Positions 25,226-32,960 of a stretch of 40,245 bases of DNA are shown here, piece by piece (position 1 is the stretch's first letter; the number at the start of each line of letters is the position of its first letter). The position numbers were made by a program, and so were the translations under genes. The notes under the pieces are model-generated. The model worked only from the letters and a program-made list of their open reading frames with translations. It was not told the origin of the DNA and did not search any database. Source of the DNA: a virus (lineage: Duplodnaviria > Caudoviricetes); IMG/VR virus record IMGVR_UViG_3300025018_000269, positions 1 through 40,245 of that record. One strand, written 5' to 3'.

Positions 25226-25801
25226 ATGTCGTTTTCCAGTCGATTCAAAAGCGTGGCCGCATTGCTCGGCGCCGCTTCGCAAGTTTCCATCACCGGTGGC
25301 GAAGAAGCCATCGAGATTTCTGCCGAAGACCTTCGCGCGAAAATCGAAGCCGACACCGCCAGCATCATTGCTGAGTCCCAGTCCGCATCCCCCGAAGAAC
25401 TCACCGCCGCCGCTGCAGCCGAACGCGATCGCTGCCTGACCGCACTGGCGGACCCTGCTTGTCAGGGACATCAGGCCCATGCCCGGCAGCTCCTTCGCAA
25501 CACGGAAATGTCGGCCGAACAGGTCATTGACGCCGTGAAGGAAGTCGAAGCGGAGGCCGGCGGCACCGATCACGTCGCTGCCGCCGCCGCCGCCGCCGCG
25601 CGATTGAACGGCGCCGCCCCTGCAGCCGCAGGCACTGCACCCGCAGCTGACTCGCAGGCCAATCCCAACACCGGTAACGGCGTCAATCCGCCGAAGGGTC
25701 TGGATGCGGATGCCATGTCCGCGCAAAAGCAGCGTGAAGCCGAGCGGGCCAAGCAGCGCAACGCACGGCTTCACGGCAAAGGCAAGGCTGTGAACGCCTG
25801 A
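25226..25801 (+). CDS. Capsid scaffold-like protein (Nu3-like)
   Basis: AAAAERDRC motif, Ala-rich; lies between the protease and the decoration gene. Confidence 0.65.
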   Translation: MSFSSRFKSVAALLGAASQVSITGGEEAIEISAEDLRAKIEADTASIIAESQSASPEELTAAAAAERDRCLTALADPACQGHQAHARQLLRNTEMSAEQVIDAVKEVEAEAGGTDHVAAAAAAAARLNGAAPAAAGTAPAADSQANPNTGNGVNPPKGLDADAMSAQKQREAERAKQRNARLHGKGKAVNA

Positions 25802-25831
25802 TTTTAATCAAAAGTTGGAAGGAAAAATATT

Positions 25832-26215
25832 ATGCCTATCGGAGTTGGCACCCAGATGAACCGGATCCTCGACCGGGAACACATCATTGAAGATCAGGAA
25901 TTTCTGAGCCGCGAGGAAATCACTGTCGGACCTTTGACGGCCCGCGCAGAGCCAGGTTCGTTGATGGCCATCAAGACGTCGGATTCGAAATATTATCCGC
26001 ACGCTCCGGCCGCCGCCGATGGCACCCAGAATGCCAAGGGCATCTTGCTCGACGGCCTGGATATCTCGACGGCCGACCAGAAGGGCGTGATCAACAATCG
26101 TCACACCGTCGCGAACGGCAAGAAGATCACCTTTGCGTCGGGCATCACCGGGCCGCAGAAGACTGCTGCGATTGCGGCGCTGGCGGATCTCGGAGTGCTT
26201 ATCCGGCAGGCTTAA
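25832..26215 (+). CDS. Head decoration protein (gpD-like)
   Basis: SREEIT, P.AADGTQNAKGIL, AIAALADLGVLIR. Confidence 0.85.
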   Translation: MPIGVGTQMNRILDREHIIEDQEFLSREEITVGPLTARAEPGSLMAIKTSDSKYYPHAPAAADGTQNAKGILLDGLDISTADQKGVINNRHTVANGKKITFASGITGPQKTAAIAALADLGVLIRQA

Positions 26216-26270
26216 CATTTTGGTAACACCGGCGTGGCGCGGCGCGGGTAAATTTTAAGGAAGAAAGAAA

Positions 26271-27305
26271 ATGCTCGCATATGATGTTTTCACAAGTGGC
26301 CGGTTTCAAGCCACCGAAGTCCACGAAGCTCTGGGAAATATTGAATATATCCCGGGCACCTTGGCCGAGATGGGTATTTTTGAGCCCGAGCCAATCCGAA
26401 CGACCAATGTGCTCCTGGTCAAGGAGGAAGAAAGCCTGCAGATCATCGATCCCACGGAACGCGGGTCTCAGATGACCTTCCCGGACCGTGACTACAAAAC
26501 GCAGGTCTCGCTGCCTACCTTCGGCATCCGTCAGCAGGACCGCATCAACGCCGGCGAATTGCAGAACATCATTTCGCCGAACCTTGCCTTCGATGTCGCG
26601 CTCGATAACGCCACGGACGAAGTCGACCGGCGACAGCGCAAGCTGATCCGTCAGCTGGAACTGACCCGCGAGTATCACAAGCTCGCTGCTCTGGACGGCT
26701 ATGTGCTCAAAGCCAATGGCGACATCCTGATCGATGTGTTCGACGTCATGGAAATCGCCCGGCCTTCTACGCTCACCATTGCCCTGACGACTCTTGCTGA
26801 CGGCAATCTGCGCGAATTCCTGATGACGAACATCATCCTGCCAATGCAGCGCATCGCCAATAACAGCTGGGTCAACGGCCGGACCTATGTGGCTGCCCAG
26901 ATGGGCGATGCTGCATGGGGCAAGCTGATGAAAAACCCCGAAGTTCGGGAGACCTATCTCGGCTATGCGGCAGCTGCGGATCTGCGGAACGATAAGACGT
27001 GGGACCAGTTCAGCTTTGGCGGCATCACCTGGATGCACTTCCGCGGCACGAACGACAATTCCACGATCGCGCTGGGCGCCAACGAAATCCGGTTCTTCCC
27101 GGTCGGCGGCGTTGACCTGTTCAAGGAGTACCGGGCACCAGGCGAGGACATGAACCACATCAACCAGTACGGTGATGAATTCTACTCCATCGTCTCCCCT
27201 GATAACCGGATCAACATGATGATGTTCGTTGACATCTACCTGATGTCCTATTTCATCAACATCTGCATCAAGCCCGGCGTGCTGCTCAAGGGCACCGCGA
27301 CGTAA
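26271..27305 (+). CDS. Major capsid protein (lambda gpE family)
   Basis: 344 aa; LELTREY...AL.G, F.FGGITW..FRG, FFPVG..DLF....APGE. Confidence 0.92.
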   Translation: MLAYDVFTSGRFQATEVHEALGNIEYIPGTLAEMGIFEPEPIRTTNVLLVKEEESLQIIDPTERGSQMTFPDRDYKTQVSLPTFGIRQQDRINAGELQNIISPNLAFDVALDNATDEVDRRQRKLIRQLELTREYHKLAALDGYVLKANGDILIDVFDVMEIARPSTLTIALTTLADGNLREFLMTNIILPMQRIANNSWVNGRTYVAAQMGDAAWGKLMKNPEVRETYLGYAAAADLRNDKTWDQFSFGGITWMHFRGTNDNSTIALGANEIRFFPVGGVDLFKEYRAPGEDMNHINQYGDEFYSIVSPDNRINMMMFVDIYLMSYFINICIKPGVLLKGTAT

Positions 27306-27357
27306 ATCCCACTGCGGGGCGGTCATCAGGGGCCGCCCCATCGATTAAGGAACGAAA

Positions 27358-27867
27358 ATGTCAGACAAGATCAAATGCCTCGCCACTGGCGTCTTCTGCC
27401 GGAACTCCCGCAACCAGATGTTTGTCGGCGACCCCGATCACGCAGACCCGAAGGCCCGCGCGCTGGAATTGCCGGAACCGCTCTTCAACACCCTCGAAGC
27501 AGATGGCCTGGTCAAGAAGTGCTCGGCCAAGAAGTTCGATGCTATCCGCCGGTCCGGCAAGGATGACGATGATGGCGACGATGACGATGGCGACGACGGC
27601 AAGTCCGGCGCCGATGACAAGCCGCTCAGCCGGATGACGACCGCCGAGTTGCTTGACCTTGCGACCGATGAGCTCGATGAGGAAAATCTCGCCAAGTATC
27701 GCGGCCTGAGCAACAATGCAGATCGGGCGAAGTTCTTGAAAGATGCCCGGGAAGACGCTGAAATCGCTCAGAAGAAGGCAGCAAAAGGTTCTGGCGGCGG
27801 CGGCGAACAAGGTTCGGGCACCGGCGGTGTAAATCCAGATGATCCCGATGCGGCTCCTACCCGCTGA
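27358..27867 (+). CDS. Post-capsid accessory protein (FI position), Asp/Gly-rich linkers
   Basis: Position; DDDDGDDDDGDDG linker; LSRMTTAELLDLA helical motif. Confidence 0.55.
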   Translation: MSDKIKCLATGVFCRNSRNQMFVGDPDHADPKARALELPEPLFNTLEADGLVKKCSAKKFDAIRRSGKDDDDGDDDDGDDGKSGADDKPLSRMTTAELLDLATDELDEENLAKYRGLSNNADRAKFLKDAREDAEIAQKKAAKGSGGGGEQGSGTGGVNPDDPDAAPTR

Positions 27868-28211
27868 TGCCAACGGCCTATGAAAATAGGTTGCGTAATG
27901 TGGACGCCCAGGCTGAGAAATTCCTGGGCGACACTATTTTGTACACCCCGGCCGGCGGCACCGCGGTAACGATAACGGGGTTCATCCGGTCGACCGAGGA
28001 TGAACATGAGTTCGCATCCCACATGCCAGGCAAGCACCGCTGGCGCTGCAAGATTGCCACGGACAAGCTGGCCCAGAAGCCGGTACCATCGGACCGGATC
28101 GAGCAAACTCCCGGGCCACTGGCGAAGCTCATAGGCAAGTATCGACCATCAGCGGATCTGCTCGTGGATGACGGCCGGTACTGGTCATTCGATCTGGAGC
28201 GCGCACTGTGA
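27867..28211 (+). CDS. Head-tail joining protein (FII-like)
   Basis: LGDTILYTPAGG, P..SDRI, DDG..W...L beta-rich pattern; position. Confidence 0.65.
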   Translation: MPTAYENRLRNVDAQAEKFLGDTILYTPAGGTAVTITGFIRSTEDEHEFASHMPGKHRWRCKIATDKLAQKPVPSDRIEQTPGPLAKLIGKYRPSADLLVDDGRYWSFDLERAL

Positions 28212-28732
28212 TGATGCCGGATATCGAGATTTTGGTGGAGCTCAAGAATTTCCTCTTTCCTGTCGGCGCGGCTGCAGCTGAGCCGTTTCATGTTCGCCAT
28301 ATGCGGTTCAAGGAAACGAACAGTTCGCTGTGGCCGTGCCTTGCCATTGAGCGGCTCCGGGTCCTCACGGAAAATAACATCCAGGCCGGGTCAGAGGGCG
28401 AGTATAGCGAAGCGGAGGAGATTTATCTGCTCGAGACGAGGTTTCACTTCGATACCGCCCTCCCCACTGATGACAGCGAAGATGATCCTACGGGCTTTGG
28501 AGTTGCGAGCCGCATGTTCAGGACCTGTCTTGAAAGCCTCTTTCCAGAAAGCCCAGCCGCCGGTACGATCGAAACGCTGGGTGGGAGGATCATCGATATC
28601 AGGTACGACGGCACCGATGAAACTCCGGACTATGAAAATGTCTCTACCAGCGATTACGTGAGGCTGGTCGAGACGATGGTTTTTGTATATCGTGTGCGAT
28701 CAGACCGGCCGCATATTCTTTTGAAAGGGTAA
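28211..28732 (+). CDS. Putative tail terminator (gpU-like)
   Basis: Acidic; WPCLAI and ETLGG...DI motifs; lies before the tail tube gene. Confidence 0.55.
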   Translation: MMPDIEILVELKNFLFPVGAAAAEPFHVRHMRFKETNSSLWPCLAIERLRVLTENNIQAGSEGEYSEAEEIYLLETRFHFDTALPTDDSEDDPTGFGVASRMFRTCLESLFPESPAAGTIETLGGRIIDIRYDGTDETPDYENVSTSDYVRLVETMVFVYRVRSDRPHILLKG

Positions 28733-28736
28733 AAAC

Positions 28737-29102
28737 ATGTCCGAAGAGAAAAAATCTATTCCGCCCATCTCGCTGCATGCAGCTTCCTATGACCTGCAGG
28801 AAATGATCAAGCTGGAAAAAGCCGGCAAGATCGACGATATCCGCGACGGCGTTGCGGACCAGAGCCTGCTTTCGGACGCGCAGAAGATCACTGCTCCGCT
28901 TGGCCATGCGGTGATGAAGATCAAGGGCCAGGACGGCGTTGAATATGACGCGATCGGCTATGATCCTTCCTTGGGGGACGATAAAAAATCGGACGCTTCC
29001 GGTTCTGCTGCCTCAGACGAGGGCGAAAAACCGGAAGGAAAATCTGCAGAAACGCAGAAGTCGGGCAAGAAAACTGACGATAAATCGGAAGCGGGCAAGT
29101 AA
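28737..29102 (+). CDS. Hypothetical protein with a charged low-complexity tail
   Basis: RBS present; tiles in the operon. Confidence 0.6.
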   Translation: MSEEKKSIPPISLHAASYDLQEMIKLEKAGKIDDIRDGVADQSLLSDAQKITAPLGHAVMKIKGQDGVEYDAIGYDPSLGDDKKSDASGSAASDEGEKPEGKSAETQKSGKKTDDKSEAGK

Positions 29103-29135
29103 TCGAAGCTTCATAACGACTGAAAGGAATAGAAC

Positions 29136-30323
29136 ATGGTTGCTCATCGCGAGAGTATTGTCGCTGTCGGAGTCACTATCCAGCCTACCCCGGGAACTTT
29201 CAACGCCCCGACGACGGCAGACTTGATGCCGGTAAGCACCCCCGACAACGGCACAGATGTCGTCGAGGCTGAGGATGATACCGAAACCGGGTCGATTTGG
29301 AACAGCCCCCAGGTTTTCCTGGGTGAGACCGGACGTGCCGGCGCAACGGCGCGGCTTCGCGGACCAGGCGGTGCAACGCCTCCCGCTGCCAATGCATGGC
29401 CCCTTGGCCGTGTGCTGCAGGCCGTCGGCTTCACCGAGATCCGCAACGCCACGCCGATCACCGGAACGGCGCAGACCAATGCCCTGACAGGGGCGATCAA
29501 GCTTGCGGCCGCAGAGAGCGCGGTGGCGGATTTCTACAAAGGCTATCCGATCCAGCATGCAACAGCTGGCACCGGTGTCCGCGCGAATACCATGATCCGC
29601 GGCTATGACGGCGCGACCAAAGTCGCCACGCTGATGGAGACAATGACCACTGCGATCAGCGCCGGCAGTTATACGATCCCGGCCGGCCTGTTCTATATCC
29701 TTGGCGATGGCGTCAGTGTCCCGCTGCTCAGTGCATCGGTGTGGCGTCACAAGAAGCGCTACAATTACCGCGACTGCGCCGTATCGAGCTTTGCGCTCAA
29801 TATTCCGGTGAACAATCGCCAGAACACGGATCTGCCCAGCATTGAATTTGCGATGACGGGCATCCCCGTGATGCCGCAGGATGAAGATGCGCCGGTTCTT
29901 CCCGATGCATTGCTGACCCCGATCCCTCCAGCGAAGGCCGGCAAGTTCGCGCTCAATGGGATCAAGATGGGCAGCCAGTCGATGCGCATCGAATTTGGCC
30001 TGGAGACCGGTGCTGCTCCGAACCAGAACATGGATGATGGCGAGGAAAGCCAGCTCATCCTTTCCGGCGATCGAACCATCACGATGGACATCAATCAGCA
30101 GCTGATGAGCGAGTTCAATCCGGAAACCCTGGTTTCTGCTCGCCAGCCTGTCTCGATCATGAGTGTCCACGGCCTTGGCGTTGGCAACACGTTCGTCGCC
30201 GGCGTGGCGAATGCGCTGCTCAAGCCTTTCTCTCCGCAGGGCCGGAACGGCTTTGTAGGGCTGAACAGCACGGCCGAACCAAAGGATATCTTGCGTTCGA
30301 TCAGCTTGGCGCTTATCTACTGA
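29136..30323 (+). CDS. Major tail tube protein
   Basis: Thr/Gly beta-rich 395 aa; followed by a terminator and the chaperone gene. Confidence 0.75.
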   Translation: MVAHRESIVAVGVTIQPTPGTFNAPTTADLMPVSTPDNGTDVVEAEDDTETGSIWNSPQVFLGETGRAGATARLRGPGGATPPAANAWPLGRVLQAVGFTEIRNATPITGTAQTNALTGAIKLAAAESAVADFYKGYPIQHATAGTGVRANTMIRGYDGATKVATLMETMTTAISAGSYTIPAGLFYILGDGVSVPLLSASVWRHKKRYNYRDCAVSSFALNIPVNNRQNTDLPSIEFAMTGIPVMPQDEDAPVLPDALLTPIPPAKAGKFALNGIKMGSQSMRIEFGLETGAAPNQNMDDGEESQLILSGDRTITMDINQQLMSEFNPETLVSARQPVSIMSVHGLGVGNTFVAGVANALLKPFSPQGRNGFVGLNSTAEPKDILRSISLALIY

Positions 30324-30348
30324 TCTGAGGTCACAGCCTCCCGCTGAG

Positions 30349-30381
30349 AAGGGCTCGCCGAACGATCGGCGGGCCCTTTTT
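30349..30381 (+). terminator. Intrinsic terminator
   Basis: AAGGGCTCGCCGA-ACGA-TCGGCGGGCCCTT followed by a T-run. Confidence 0.85.
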
Positions 30382-30439
30382 GTTGCAAACGGGTCGAAAA
30401 TCAGTATTCCGGACGTCTCAACGAAAGGAACTGACGAAC

Positions 30440-31330
30440 ATGGCCGTACCATTTACCGCGGAGAAGCAGTGCATCTTCCGCCCGCCATCACTCCAAAATC
30501 ATGCCCGCCTCAACAAAGTGAAAATCAAGATGCGCGTGCCCACGCCTTACGAGCGGGATATGTACGCATCGCTGATGCTGAAAGAGGGGGTTATCCACCA
30601 CACCAAGCGCGACGTGCGCCAGCTGATGCTTGCCGGCATCATGAAGGCGTTCGACGAAGAGACCGCTGAGCGGTACCGGAACCTGTCGGAAACGCTGTAT
30701 CAGGTCGAAGCCGCGGAGCAGACCCAGCAGCAGCTGCGCCGCGCGCGCTACATCGACATGACGGATGTTCCGGAGGATCAGCAGCCGACGGAAGACGAAC
30801 TCAACGCCGAGCTGGAAAAGATCAAGCCCGAGGTCGTGATGCCGATCAAGGACCGGATGGAAATCATTGAGGTCCATCAGAAAATCCAGTCCGAATATGC
30901 GCCCATCGTCAAGGTAATGTCTGACCTGGCTGAGCAGGAAGCCAAGATCGAGTGGTTGAACATCAAGCATTACGTGTCAAACTGGGAAGGGCTCCGCGAC
31001 AACCGGGACACGGATGCAACGGCGGAGGATCCGCTCGAGAAGCATGAAGCCGAATATTTGCGCAAGGAGCTTGGCGCGGATGCATGGTCGGAAATCAGCA
31101 CCTTCATCGTCGCGATGATGGGGATTGACCAGGACGAGGAAAAAAACTTATCCTTGCTGCTCGAGAGTATGTCCGCCCAGACTGGTTCGACGACATCGAA
31201 GCCGTTGCCGGGCAGCAAAAATGGGAAATCAACGGCTGGACGTTCAGGCAAAACCCGCAAAAGCTTATCACCGAAAACTCGCGCGAAGCCGTCCGCTTCT
31301 GGTACCGACTCGAAAAAGAAGGCCGAATAG
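30440..31330 (+). CDS. Tail assembly chaperone (gpG-like)
   Basis: Follows the tail tube; contains the EEKN slippery site and a low-complexity tail. Confidence 0.75.
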   Translation: MAVPFTAEKQCIFRPPSLQNHARLNKVKIKMRVPTPYERDMYASLMLKEGVIHHTKRDVRQLMLAGIMKAFDEETAERYRNLSETLYQVEAAEQTQQQLRRARYIDMTDVPEDQQPTEDELNAELEKIKPEVVMPIKDRMEIIEVHQKIQSEYAPIVKVMSDLAEQEAKIEWLNIKHYVSNWEGLRDNRDTDATAEDPLEKHEAEYLRKELGADAWSEISTFIVAMMGIDQDEEKNLSLLLESMSAQTGSTTSKPLPGSKNGKSTAGRSGKTRKSLSPKTRAKPSASGTDSKKKAE

Positions 31331-31428
31331 AAGTTTGGCCGGATGGCCGCGCCCTGCTACATCAACCGGTGAAATTGATTGCTGCCTTCAATACCATCAG
31401 TAAGCATGTGGAAGAAAACAGGGAATGA
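31141..31428 (+). CDS. -1 frameshift extension (gpT-like) of the tail chaperone
   Basis: A AAA AAC at 31141-31147; the -1 frame stays open for about 94 codons (...WPDGRALLHQPVKLIAAF...) and ends in an ATGA overlap with the next gene. Confidence 0.8.
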   Translation, partial: KKLILAAREYVRPDWFDDIEAVAGQQKWEINGWTFRQNPQKLITENSREAVRFWYRLEKEGRIEVWPDGRALLHQPVKLIAAFNTISKHVEENRE

Positions 31429-32123
31429 GCAAGCGATATGCCCGCCAAGGAAAACCGATATCACAGACGGTGATACCGGATCTGCGGCGGGCAAGTCATT
31501 TTGCGACCGATAAGGCCACCAAATTCAATTACCAGACCACGCGAAACAAAATCCGGGCCGTCGGGCTGGGCGGGCTATCTCGAGCGATCGGGTCGACGTC
31601 CTCGCTAAAAAAACGCAAGACAGCCCCGGGTGATGACGCATGGGGCGCCATCTATGCCAAGGGCGGGCAGAACAGCCGAGCAAATGCTGCACTGGAAGCC
31701 TATACCAAGGGGGCTAAAATCCTGCCGACGGGTGGCCGGAAGTGGCTGGCCTATCCGACGAAAGCCGCGGGGCGGCTTGTCCGCAAGCAGCTGCCGCGCA
31801 TCGGCCGGGGCAGGTCCTTTGGCAACTTCAAGAATTCGCCCTCCCGGCTGGGCATGCAGCTGAAATTCGTGCCGCTGAGCGCGTCCCGTGCGATGCTCAT
31901 ACTCGATGACGCCGTGGTCAATAACAAGACCGGCAAGGCCAAGAGGCGCGGCCAGCGCACCCCGCGTAACTCGATCCGGAAAAAATACGTCGTGATGTTT
32001 TGGCTGATCCGGTACACGACGCGCGCATCCCGCTTCTCCCAGGACAGGCTCACGAAGAATGCGGCGCAGCAGATCCCGTTCTATGTCCAGCAGTACCAGA
32101 ACCGGAAGTTGTCCGGGCCGTGA
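31425..32123 (+). CDS. Basic tail/neck completion-like protein
   Basis: Very Arg/Lys-rich; GAKILP.GGRKWLAYPT and VVMFWL motifs; position in the tail cluster. Confidence 0.55.
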   Translation: MSKRYARQGKPISQTVIPDLRRASHFATDKATKFNYQTTRNKIRAVGLGGLSRAIGSTSSLKKRKTAPGDDAWGAIYAKGGQNSRANAALEAYTKGAKILPTGGRKWLAYPTKAAGRLVRKQLPRIGRGRSFGNFKNSPSRLGMQLKFVPLSASRAMLILDDAVVNNKTGKAKRRGQRTPRNSIRKKYVVMFWLIRYTTRASRFSQDRLTKNAAQQIPFYVQQYQNRKLSGP

Positions 32124-32199
32124 CGCTGGCGCATGATCATTGCGCGGCGCGGCGATTTGAGCTATTTGTCAGTCCTCACGAACCAGAATGGAGAAAACC

Positions 32200-32529
32200 A
32201 TGACACGAAGTATTGGAGCGCGCATGATCCTTGCCCTATCTATGGGAATCGCGGCGGTGGCTCGAGCGATGTCCGAACTCAATACCGCCCTTCGAAGTTT
32301 GACGCGGCCGGGGCCGCAGGGATCATTTCTCGGATCTTTCTCTGATTTCCTCGACATGCTGCGGATCCGCGCGTTCGATTTCGTCATGTCGATCGCGGCC
32401 GCTCCTGCGCACATGTTCCGCTTGCCGACGCTGAAACAGGTCAGCGCTGCCGGCAGGGATGTCATTGATTTCCTTGTCGACCGCTTCGAGGCCCGAAGAC
32501 CGCGCATCAGCGCCGCCCGCGGCATCTAG
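32200..32529 (+). CDS. Hypothetical moron-like protein
   Basis: GGAG RBS and own terminator downstream. Confidence 0.5.
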   Translation: MTRSIGARMILALSMGIAAVARAMSELNTALRSLTRPGPQGSFLGSFSDFLDMLRIRAFDFVMSIAAAPAHMFRLPTLKQVSAAGRDVIDFLVDRFEARRPRISAARGI

Positions 32530-32552
32530 AACGAAGCCGTCAGAGCTTTAGA

Positions 32553-32581
32553 GAAGGGGCTGGTTTTTCCAGCCCTTTTTT
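32553..32581 (+). terminator. Intrinsic terminator
   Basis: GGGCTGG-TTTTT-CCAGCCC followed by TTTTTT. Confidence 0.8.
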
Positions 32582-32621
32582 GTGCCTTGTTTTTCCCCGG
32601 CCGGGGAATTACACAGAGTTC

Positions 32622-32698
32622 CGCAGCGTAGAGCAGTCCGGTAGCTCGCATGGCTCATAACCACGAGGTCGCGGGTTCAAATCCCGCCGCTGCAACCA
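32622..32698 (+). tRNA. tRNA-Met(CAT), initiator (fMet) type
   Basis: Complete 77-nt cloverleaf, C1:A72 mismatch, anticodon loop CTCATAA, TTCAAAT T-loop, encoded CCA. Confidence 0.95.
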
Positions 32699-32960
32699 GA
32701 TGGGTATCAGCACCGCCGACGTCGACAATGGGCTGATTGCAGCGAACTGGTATCTGCGCCGGTGCTGCTCTGATGATCGCGCAGTTCGGAGTAAGCCTGG
32801 TGATGTCACGCCAAGGCTTTGGGCAGACGATAGGGTGAGCGGACACGCGGACCAGTGACAGGCGAGCGCATCCCAACTCCCCGCCCCGCCATATCTCTAT
32901 CGCATTTGCAGAAGAATTTCGTTACAAAGCACCTGACTGACGTAATCTAGGAGCTATGTG

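Noticed and set aside
27560-27600. GATGAC/GGC-type tandem repeat
   Set aside because: Encodes an Asp/Gly linker; ordinary low-complexity coding sequence.
32622-32698. tRNA as a prophage attachment site
   Set aside because: The tRNA is complete, phage tail genes continue on both sides, and no duplicate 3' fragment or integrase was seen.
32770-32777. CTGATGA resembling a hammerhead ribozyme core
   Set aside because: No correctly placed GAAA and stem II purine-pyrimidine pair in any permutation I could build.
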